DNA from: Antedon mediterranea
Taxonomy: Eukaryota > Animalia > Echinodermata
DNA: 64,000 nt
Direction of reading: 5' to 3'
Assembly: GCF_964355755.1 (NCBI RefSeq)
Contig: NC_092672.1
Location: 558,001-622,000, forward strand
Shown here: in pieces, positions 13,201-30,615 of the stretch
Layout: every line of letters begins with the position of its first letter
Numbering within the stretch: the stretch's first letter is position 1
Made by a program: the position numbers and the translations under genes
Notes under the pieces: model-generated
Databases searched by the model: none
What the model was told of the DNA's origin: nothing
What the model saw: the letters and a program-made list of their open reading frames with translations, nothing else

Positions 13201-16200
13201 GTAATTATCTTTTTAAACATGTTTAAACATTTTAATCCTTTCTACATCTATATTAAGTTTCACTTAAATTAAAAAAACTGTTAAAAGGGTGGATTCTGTA
13301 GGCCTAGCTAAAATTTGAATGTTACATCCACTAATTATTTCCACTCAAAATATACACACCCATCTGACTTAATAGAGCATCTTCTCTCTCTTGATGAAGT
13401 TTGATGGCAGCTTCTATGAATGTCCGCTCAAAGTCCTGATAAAAAAAAAGTTTTAAGAATAAACGGTGCTTAGATTTAATTTCATACAAGATCAAATAGA
13501 ATGTTGGATAAATTAAACAATTTAAATTACACTTTGATGAAAATGCTCCCAATCTTTACCCAGGTTTCAAATATTGTCATTTTTGTGTTATAAAACCACT
13601 CGCATACATTGATGTACGAAAGATGGAGCCTGGTATGCAGAGAGAGGAACTGGCTGTCACAATGGCAGATAGGAAATTATGGAGGAATCTAGTCATATAA
13701 GCTTGGGTATGCAAATTGAACATTTTAGGAAATTCATATAAAATATTATTATTTACAATTACTTACATCTTCACATGTGCTTAGTTGGAACTGAAGCATT
13801 TCTTTCTCTGGTCTTATGATCTGAAATGTAAAACAATACTAAGTTGTGACTTAAGCATTCCAGCTTTAAGTTGTGACTTAAGCATTCCAGCTTTAAGGGT
13901 TGATTTTTTTTTGTAATACTCCTGCGTCTTGTTATGTTTTGTTCTATAATGTAGCAATAAATATTACAAAGAGACTTTTTAATAATATCATAACACACTG
14001 TCTAAATACACAGTTTAGATTAGTTGAAACTGTTAATGTCCTATTCTTCTGATTTATGTTCTGGATAAACCACTCCTTTTACCTCATCAAGTATTTGTAG
14101 ATTTGTAGTCGTTAGCAACTTAACAAAGCATGCTTTAGTAACGTCATCTGAAAAGATTTCAAATATTCAAATTATCATCATTGATCAATAGTTATTGCAA
14201 TAACTGAACACATGAACTCCAGTTAAAATTGACAGTTTTCTAGCTAATTTTGTAATATCATTATGAAAATGACTTCCTATATTAGCGGTTCAATTTTCAC
14301 AACTTTATTCGAAAAATTAACTACAATTAAATTTATGAGTGCCAGTTTCCATGTTTATACTGAACATACATACCTCCTAATTTAAAAGGATCGTTACTTT
14401 TGTGCAACTCATGTGAGACAGGGACAGCTACCACTGACCCCTTCTCACGCTTCATTAACCGCATGGTGACCTGTTCACCAACAGGATAACTTTGAGTTGC
14501 CACAGCAATTACACTGTATATATAAAAAATAAAAATGTTATATTACATTTTTTAGTCATGAAAGAAGCAGTAAACTTAGTTTATCATTATCAGTGTCTTT
14601 ATTCATTCCTCTTGGGGCAATTAACACAAGAAAGAGATGGATTACACACACATACATACACATTTCAACAAATATAAAACTCTTGATTATAAAATGTTTA
14701 AGTTCATATAATAAGAAGTTAAAATTGAATAAAAATTTAAAATTTATAAAATGTTAATTATTTATTAAGTATGTGCTTGCCTTTTAAGATCCTTCTCAAC
14801 GATGCCTTCATCACATATTGGACATTTTCTCCAACTACGTTCCCCGAGAGATAGATAATGGAGGATGCATGACCAGCAGTAGACATGACCACATCGTGTC
14901 ATCTTGGCTACTGTAGGTGGGTATAGACAGATCGGACAACATGTCTCCTCGTGACTGAATATGCACACACGCTCAATGAGATCCCAATCAACAAGGATGT
15001 CGGCATCGGCCGAGTGTACCGCATAGTCATGGTTCGCTCTTACCACAAACTGACAACTGAAACAGAAAAGTACAAATGAATTTGAAACAAACTCATATTG
15101 ATATTGAAAAAATGACAACATAACTGTTAAATAAGACTGTAAATAACTTTTTACAATCTAAGTTATGATTAAAATATTGGTTTGTTAAAAGCAAATCTTC
15201 AAATTCATTTGACTAAATGAATATTTTACAAAACAAAATTGCAAAGTTACATTTAGTTGATAATACTCTAACTAGAATATTATTAATCATCAAATCTTAA
15301 ATTTATCCGATAAATTTGAATCATCGGTTCTCACTTTGCCTGAAGAAATTGCTCTTTATTGTATCGTGGTCGTCTTTTATTCCATTTGCCGCGACCATGA
15401 AGTGCGCCACCGCTTCCGGATCCATCTCCGTATGAATCTCGTGGTGCGAATGTGAAGTTGATCAAGTGGTTTAGGTTAACCTTCTTAGGGCCATGTTGTA
15501 GGGCTGAGCCATATTCAGCCCTTTGGGCATGTGTCACCTGAAATAAAGACAAGTACAGTAAAGGCAATGTTAATTTTGTTATATTTTTTAAACCCATGAC
15601 CTACCTACTGTATATTTGTAGCACAAACTTTCTTGCATTATATTAATTATGTTCATTATTGGTTGTATATTTATGTTACTCTGTATTTTGTTTTTATTAT
15701 ACAGTATTATAGCACTGGATTAAAACAGCCAACTTTTAAAAATGTTTCTAAAAATAGAAAGCCTGGATAGAAGTCAAATACACTCCAGAAAAAATTTAAG
15801 TTGTATTTTACCTCATCCCGTCTACCACTGCCTGTAGTATTCCGTCCTCTAGGCCTTTTATCAAGGCCTCTAAATTTGGGTAGAGGTCTACTACGTGCTG
15901 AGTTAGTAACCTCTCCTTTTTGCAACGGAGGGTCTCTGCGTTTATTGTAACGTGGAGATCCATTGCCAGTAGCTCGAATATTGTCTGAAAAAAAAAAGAA
16001 TCAATGGTAAAAATAAAATTGTTTATTAGAAACAGAACTAAACCAAGAATACATTCACCAATAGCATTCGTTCATTTTATCTTTTATATTATTGTCAGGA
16101 CAAGTTGACTATTTTCAAAGAATACGGTATATAATTTTATATCAAATAATACATGAATTTAACTAGGCCTAGAGGATATCCTACTGCTACACCAAATATG

Positions 16201-16462
16201 AATTATTTATATCGATCACCCTTCCTTAACTTAATATATAAAGTGCCTATACCCATTACAATTTTATATTAGACATTTATTTAGTATTTAGTAGTAGGGT
16301 AGTAGTAGTGGACCAATACAAACTCAATTGAAAAAAAAGGGGTTTTTTTTTTTTCATCGAACCTTTTGCTTTATCAAGTTGAGAACATCTGGCATTCCCA
16401 CCACTCGACAAAAGACGTGATGAAGATTTCACTTCCATTTCTACTTCCTCTTCTTCTAGCAT
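10234..16462 (-). CDS. RNF10: RING finger protein 10 (E3 ubiquitin ligase)
   Basis: Exons 16363-16462, 15812-15984, 15335-15537, 14781-15056, 14374-14513, 14083-14147, 13767-13820, 13360-13435, 13094-13164, 12576-12810, 11996-12247, 11773-11874, 11435-11590, 11187-11248, 10828-11071, 10234-10343. Motifs [75 protein letters not shown]-terminal [11 protein letters not shown]. Confidence 0.95.
10383..10493. repeat. 28-bp tandem repeat x4 in the last RNF10 intron
   Basis: gtaccagttaatgtaatttctctttaat repeated. Confidence 0.85.
12922..13078. mobile_element. Family A MITE
   Basis: ctctgcctacactatcaaacc ... agtttgatagtgtagacggag with the family interior. Confidence 0.78.
13590..13715 (+). mobile_element. 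RTE-like LINE 3' fragment
   Basis: Translates [31 protein letters not shown], resembling the RTE ORF C-terminus (YID..G....L...M.DR..WR). Confidence 0.5.
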
Positions 16463-16759
16463 CGACTGATAAATCTAATTGAGGCCTAATATCTTGGCCG
16501 TTTACCCCGAAAGGAGACACAATGCTGACCGGGCTTATGGGCTTCATTTCACTGCTCCATGATTGCACAAGTCAACGAAAGAAAAATCTGCTGTCTGATA
16601 AATGACTGCAGAGAATTTGCAAGTTTTATATTAAATTTAGTTCTATAATGTTATTTAACTTGTGCTTGAATGCACAAGTTAAGTTTTATTTGCCGCTTTT
16701 ACCAAAATTTGGTCAAAAAAAGACCAATTTTTGGGCGATATTTGTTGTTCCGTAAAATC

Positions 16760-17110
16760 ACTTTTGCTCTTCAAAATGGCGAGCCGCCGGGTGCTGTAGC
16801 ATGTAAAATAATAAAGTTACATTAACGACGAACTGATTACTCTTTGAATTTCAAAATTGTTTACATTTTAGTCACGCCCAATGGAAATCTAATAGAAAGT
16901 CAATCAATATATATATAATTTATTAATATTTTTAAAAGTTAAATAGTAATGAAATAATTTAGGAATAAATAAATGTAAAAATAAAGACAAAAATATACAT
17001 TTTAATTTCATAATAGGTCCGTATTTTACCTTTTACCATCGTATGCAGAAGAGAGAGGGCAGCAGATAGCTTGACCAAGGAGCGGCAGATTTGAATTTTG
17101 TCGCAGCATC
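16760..17110. promoter_or_regulatory. Bidirectional promoter shared by RNF10 and the PRR11-like gene
   Basis: Head-to-head genes. YY1-type CAAAATGGCG at 16772-16781. GCGG-N4-TTTGAA (CDE/CHR spacing) at 17082-17095. Likely non-coding first-exon donor at 17171. Confidence 0.6.
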
Positions 17111-17567
17111 ATTAGTAAATTTCTGCTTTTATATGTTTTATTTACTATAATTATTGTAATTATTCAACAAGTATGTAATGATCCTACTAAGTCTCTACGT
17201 AGTTGGTTTTGAAATGGGTTAAATTAGCAGAAAAGGGGATTGTAGGCTAGGTAGGCCTATATTTTAGCCTCACACTCGACTCACACTCACAGTCTGAGTT
17301 GAGGAGGAGAGATTGCCAGCATGAGTGAGACTGCTGAGAGCTCAGCGACAGCAGGCTCGTAATTTATAGTATCAGCAGTAACTAATCAGATAGGCCTAGA
17401 ATGGATGGGCCTAGGTTAGTCCTGTCCTTCCTATTGCCTAGATCCACCTAGGCCTAGCCTAAATTAATAAAAACTAATACAATGACCAAATATTAATTAT
17501 TATTTTTATTTCTTTATTTTCTTCATTTTGCAATAATATTTAATAGATAGGTAAATAAGCAAGAAGT

Positions 17568-20500
17568 ATGGAAGAATTTGGCGAGTATGATCCAGAAACT
17601 CCGCTACGCAAAACTTACTGCCAGCAAGTTACAGCTGAAGAATTTGAAGAACAAGGCACAGAGAACACATACAGTGCTTTGCAGGTACTGGAACTTGTTA
17701 AGCTTATTAATATTATGTATTGTATTCAAAAATAGCTAGGAAGCATTTTAATAAATTGTATTTTTTATTTTGTTTTAGAATTTAATGGAATACCTCGCAG
17801 AAAACCCAGAAAAAGTGAAAGGAATTGTAGCCAAGAAAAAGATAGAAGAACAAGAAAATGGAGGAGTTGTTGCTTTTATGAAATGCAAACTAATGACTTC
17901 CATAAAAGGAGATAGTTACATGTTGGATTCAATCAGTAGAAAAGAGTGTGAAAATGAGTCTGAAAGACTACAAGCTGAAATGCAGAAAGAATTCAATTAT
18001 GCTCAAGGTATGGACTGTTTTATAGACACACCCTCTCAATCTCATATAATAATAGTGATTTACATAGTGTTAAGTGACAAAGAGCTTCACATCGAAATGA
18101 ATAAAAAGCTACAGTTACATTGCTAACTAAAAACTAACTATACAAAAATATTACACCAACATTTCTGAGTTCAAAGCGCTGATAATTAGTTGCAATAAAA
18201 ACTTTTAAAGCTGAGGATATTTTGTTGTTGTTTTATAGGCAACAAACAATTCTCGATCAAAGGATGCTTTTAATTACTACCTGTCTGAAATGAATTGTAG
18301 AATTATAAATGTTCTAAAACAAATTTATTTGTTTTCAGAGGCAAAAAACAATGGTAAACGTTTTAGCAGACGAATAGCAGCGAGAAAAGCAATTAATAAC
18401 CAGATTAGAAGTCCACCTTCACAGGCACCTCCACCACCCCCGCCACCACCATTTTGCTCACCACCCCCGCCACCATTTTGCTCACCACCCCCGCCACCAT
18501 TTTGCTCACCACCCCCGCCACCACCATTTTCCCCACCATCAGCATGGTCAGGTCATAATTCTGCGGAGAAACCACTTTTAGCTGTTATACCTCAGCCAAG
18601 GCCATCAATCCACACACCTACAGGCAGGAAGATGTATGTTAAGAACGGTGCTAGAAAGTGTAAGCCTGTACTTAAGTCACCAAGTCCATCTAGTACTAAA
18701 TACAGGAAGGCTACACCATTTAGAGAAAGAACAAACATGGTAAAATATTTTCATTTCTTTTTTAAGGCTTCCTCAACACAAGATGTTTTTCTTCATCTTT
18801 CAGGTCATCTGCCTTCAAACTCTGACCTTATTATATCATTATGTTATTGCATTCTATTTTGTTATTTTTTAGTCTCAGAGTCCGTAAATAAATGTTTTGA
18901 AAGTTAAGTTGTTTTATCTATGATGTCACAGTTTTGAAAATTTTGGGTTGTAAGAAAATAATTTAAATTAGATTATGAATTCTACCTATTAACATATTTA
19001 TAAACGAGACATGCTGTGTGACAATACATTCAGAATATTTACTTCTTTTTATAGATTATTGCTGATGATAAAAGTGAATTTTTGACACCAAAAATAGTGA
19101 AACCTACAAAGAAACTCAAGAAAACAGAGTAAGTTAATACATTAGAAAAGTTAAAACATTCAAGTCATTTGAATTATTATGTATTTTTTTAAGAGATGTG
19201 TAAGCATTAGTAACTCTTAACTTGTTGTCTTCAGGTCAATTCTTAGTGTTCATGATGAGATAAGATCTTTCTCTAAAGATAAACTGCGGTCTGTACAGGG
19301 GCAACGGTGAGTTAAATGCTAAAGCTATGTCTACACTATAACACCAATTTGACAAAAAAAGTGTCATGAGCTTTAATATGGTAATGATATGCCCAAATAT
19401 GATAGTGATATCTATTGGATTTTGTTGTCACATAAAGTGGGATAGTGTAGACAGAGCTTAACTGGCAAGGTTTTTAATTTAAAGTTTTTATTGGACCAGA
19501 GGAGTTTGTTGTCACATGTAGACAGGAGCTTAACTCACTGGCTAGCTTTTTTAATTTACAGTTTTTATTGGACCAGAGGAGTTTGTTGTCACATAAAGTG
19601 GGATAGTGTAGACAGGAGCTTAACTCACTGGCTAGCTTTTTTAATTTACAGTTTTTATTGGACCAGAGGAGTTTGTTGTTACATAAAGTGGGATAGTGTA
19701 GACAGGAGCTTAACTCACTGGCTAGCTTTTTTAATTTACAGTTTTTATTGGACCAGAGGAGTTTGTTGTCACATAAAGTGGGATAGTGTAGACAGGAGCT
19801 TAACTCACTGGCTAGCTTTTTTAATTTACAGTTTTTATTGGACCAGAGGAGTTTGTTGTCACATAAAGTAGAATAGTGTAGACAGGAGCTTAACTCAGAG
19901 GAGTTTGTTGTCACATAAAGTGGAATAGTGTAGACAGGAGCTTAACTCAGAGGAGTTTGTTGTCACATAAAGTGGGATAGTGTAGACAGGAGCTTAACTC
20001 AGAGGAGTTTGTTGTCACATAAAGTGGGATAGTGTAGACAGGAGCTTAACTCAGAGGAGTTTGTTGTCACATAAAGTGGGATAGTGTAGACAGGAGCTTA
20101 ACTCAGAGGAGTTTGTTGTGACATAAAGTGGGATAGTGTAGACAGGAGCTTAACTCAGAGGAGTTTGTTGTCACATAAAGTGGGATAGTGTAGACAGGAG
20201 CTTAACTCAGAGGAGTTTGTTGTCACATAAAGTGGGATAGTGTAGACAGGAGCTTAACTCAGAGGAGTTTGTTGTCACATAAAGTGGGATAGTGTAGACA
20301 GGAGCTTAACTCAGAGGAGTTTGTTGTCACATAAAGTGGGATAGTGTAGACAGGAGCTTAACTCAGAGGAGTTTGTTGTTGAAAGATCATAAACTGTTTA
20401 TTTTATGTATACTCACCAAGTATAGAAATATCAGTATTTTCTTATAAATCTTATTTTACAGATCACCAGGTCGTACACCGTGCCGAACTCCTCGTACAAA

Positions 20501-20666
20501 GCGTCTTTTAACAGCATCCGATGCCTATGATCAAATGGGCGATTACAGCGGAGTGTCACTCACATCACTACAACAGATCATTATGGACAAATTTCGTAAC
20601 ATTAGGAGTCCAGTCGATGCGCCAAGTCCATTAGAAATTTGTAGCCCAAGTGGGTTTACCCCTTAA
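17568..20666 (+). CDS. Proline-rich protein with a PRR11/MTFR1-like C-terminus
   Basis: Phase-consistent exons 17568-17684, 17779-18007, 18339-18739, 19055-19128, 19235-19306, 20462-20666. Polyproline block, then KLRSVQGQRSPGRTP and IIMDKFRNIRSP, resembling PRR11 LRKVDVERSPGGTP...ALRRKF...RSP. Orthology uncertain. Confidence 0.75.
19323..19458. mobile_element. Family A MITE seeding the adjacent satellite
   Basis: TAA|AGCTATGTCTACACTAT ... ATAGTGTAGACAGAGCT|TAA. Confidence 0.8.
19484..20380. repeat. Composite satellite: about 4 x 90 bp then about 10 x 52 bp, each unit carrying the family A right TIR
   Basis: 52-mer ggagcttaactcagaggagtttgttgtcacataaagtgggatagtgtagaca is a deletion derivative of the 90-mer. 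Confidence 0.92.
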
Positions 20667-21451
20667 GTTATACTCATGGATTCCCTAAGATGGTTTTGGG
20701 AGATTGCATGTAGAGCAAATAATAAAAATGTAAAGTGCTTTCACATGGAGAAAAAACTGTACTGTAAAAAATATAAAAGATAATTAAAACATTGCTGTAT
20801 GCAAATAAAATTACAGTAAATGAAATTCAAAAGTATTTGTAATAATGTATTTTTAAAATTATTTAAAAATATTTAATCATGAAGATATATATGCATTATA
20901 TACCTCCATGATTTAATGTACCTTGATAAATATGTAAATATGAATTATAAAATATGGAAAAGTATTTTAAGTTTAAATATAGTTTGTGCATCATGATGTG
21001 AGACAGCAATTTAAATACATTGTAAATTAATTTAGCTGTAACAAAGATAGTAATGTACAATGTTGCTAAATAGTTCAAATTCCAATCATGATATATTAAT
21101 TAATTATTATTACTAGTAATACTACCGTAATTGTAAATACATTACATGTGTAAATGCAAAAAAATAGTGTAAAAACATAGAGAAAGCAGGTTAAAAGGAC
21201 TAAATGTATATTGATAATGTTGTATATAATGTTTAAATAAAGCAATTATGTTAATGTACATATGTTTTTTTTAGTGGGCTTGCTTTACTTACTGAATTTG
21301 TAATTATAAAGGATTTTTACTGGTTTGTAATAAACGATTTTGATTGGCTGAAAGCGTGTTGACATCGGACCTACTGACGTGTGACGATGTAAATAACTTC
21401 GATCAACGTAGGGTGTCCGTTTTGGCCTACAGAATTATTTTTAATGTAGAA

Positions 21452-28031
<6,580 letters not shown>

Positions 28032-28941
28032 TCTTATATTTTATACAATATTTCAATTATATATAGTGTGAAAGGTGTCTATTAGGAATGTGCTATAAGT
28101 GACATGAATGCTAAACATACCTCATTTATTCCTATGGTTGAGCAGTAACAATCTTCTAAAAAAAATAAACAAACAATAGTTAATGAGATGTGGTTATTTA
28201 GTTTGCGTGTTCTGGTATACAGATTGGAGTTGCTTTTGGTTTTAAATATTTTGTTTATATAATGCAGTTATAAAATATGAAATACAGTAGGCCTACAGTA
28301 TACAATTTCAATTTTTTGTTTTCAAAAAGCCTGAGCATGAAATATTATTTTAATTAAAGGTAAAAATAATGCCTGTCATGTGATAGGAATCAACCAATCA
28401 AATGGCAAGAATAAAACATAGGTATAATATATCTTTTATCAATCAATCAACTGTCTTACCTGATCAGCAGGGATGAGGTTCATTACTGAAATAATGTGTG
28501 TAGGTTATATTTATAAGAATTAGTATCATAGTAGTTTTATCTAAAATATTTATAAAATTTATATACAATCATAGATAGTATTACTATGGCAATAAATACA
28601 GAATATATTATCGTCAAGATTTTGACTTTTATTGAGAACAAATTTGGCCTTTAAACTGCGGAACTACGGTATAAAAATAACATTTTTGTACAAACCAAAC
28701 AAATAAAAGTTTGTAATAATCATAAGACATTAAAAATATTTTTAAAAAAAAATCTTACACTAATTATAAGTACAGTACAACATAAGGTGAATAATTATAC
28801 TGCTCTTGTTTGACACTATTTGACCTGGGTCAACTCAAGCTGGGAATCGCATACTACTATTGAATACTCATGTATTACTGTTCTGTATCCTACCCTGCAC
28901 ACACCAACACACACATCAAATACATTTTCTATTTTGTATTA

Positions 28942-29050
28942 AACTCTGTCTATATGTACCCAAATATGGTAGTGATATGACATCATCATGTCCATATATA
29001 GGCACATCACATTTGTTTGTCACATAAAGTTTGATAGTGTAGACAGAGCT
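28942..29050. mobile_element. Family A MITE in the probable MORC2 3' UTR
   Basis: TTA flanks on both sides; intact right TIR AGTTTGATAGTGTAGACAGAGCT. Confidence 0.8.
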
Positions 29051-30384
29051 TTAGTGTATATTTCATTTGTTCACATGAATTAATAAGTACAGTACAGTAT
29101 TAACATTTATAATTTACATATTTACATAGTGGAAACAGATAGATGCATAAAAAGTATATACTGTACTTAGACACAATGCAATAGCAGTATACTGGTAAAA
29201 GGACACAAGTATATTTAAGTCATAAATTAAATATATACATTAATGGCGCTGAACTAATTTCATAAGCTGGCAACAGGTATCAATCCCAATAGATGGCTTG
29301 TTTACTACTGTACACAATTGTGTATTTTGTCACAATCAAATATGGTTTTATGACAGACTGATTACAATATTTGACAGGGTATTTTCATTTTATTTTCGGA
29401 AACAAATAAATTAATATATAACACATAAATATCATATCATATTCACAGGATTAAAATTGTAATTTGGAAGAAAGAGAACTTTACGGCCTAGTAACACGAT
29501 ACAAAACAGTTTAAAACTGTATAACATAGTTGATTGAATCAATCTGCTTGGTTAAGACTAAAGCTTGAGAGTTGGATCACTTCGGTAATAAACCAAAAGG
29601 CAGTACTGTATAGTGTTACCTTAGCTTAACTTTTAACAAGATTTCTTAGCTAGCCAGCTGAACCCAAATACTAGGTACATTAGCAAGTTTTTCCAACATT
29701 AACCGTTTTCTAAAACTCAACATTATTATACAACTTATGATGGAATATTTACAGTTTAATAATTTGACCAATATGGATCCAAATATTGCTTTCTACATTA
29801 TTTATACACAGACCACTACTTCATGCAAACTTCAACCTTGGCTATACTGTAGATATTACAACAGAGTTGTACAAATAGCAGCATACATACTGTAGTAGCA
29901 AATACAACAATGTAAGTCCAATAACACTAAGCACCACTTTGTAACACCACATAAGCACCAGCTAACTACTTGCCCCCAACACAGACTTAAGTCATTTGAT
30001 AAGTGTGGTTTATCAACATATTTTGGTCTTTCATATTAACACACTCACACACTGTAATCTTTCAATTCCTTCACATTGGTGGTTGATGAATTTATAACAC
30101 ACATCAGGTATACACATTCAAATAGTGGTATCACCCTTCAATGCTACACACATTACTGTACTGTCAACCGGTGAGCAACCCTACCACATGGTGTAGCACT
30201 CAAAACCTGTTCAAAAGGAATTGTCTGTTTACATATTAAAAACACACTTGTTTGGTTGGTTGTCTAAATCTGCATTATTTGAGTGTATGCTTTTAATTTC
30301 TTCCATACCTCTTTTACTCTTATTCTTATACAGTATTAACCATTTGGTTGAGATGTTGTTACTCTTTCCTTCACTCTTTTTATT

Positions 30385-30550
30385 CAGCCATCAACTATTT
30401 TTCCATAGTACAGTGTCGGTCACTCTCTTATGTAATGCAGTAATTCCTCTCCATCCATCTTTGATTCCTCAGTTCCAGTTGGGTCAACTTACAGCTATTC
30501 TTGACCTTCCATCTTGCACTGTCCAATTCTTTCCATGGTTCTAGTTGTTC
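30385..30550 (-). mobile_element. Possible decayed RTE-like LINE 3' fragment
   Basis: Broken reading frames give GQCKMEG... and ALHKRVTDTVLWK, loosely like the RTE C-terminus. Confidence 0.3.
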
Positions 30551-30615
30551 AAAAATGTTATTTCATCCATCATTTCATTCCTAAATATTGTTATTCCATT
30601 CAACATTGAATGGAA

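Noticed and set aside
30221-30544. 107-aa hydrophobic plus-strand ORF
   Set aside because: Non-ATG start, antisense to the MORC2 3' UTR, no splice or homology support.
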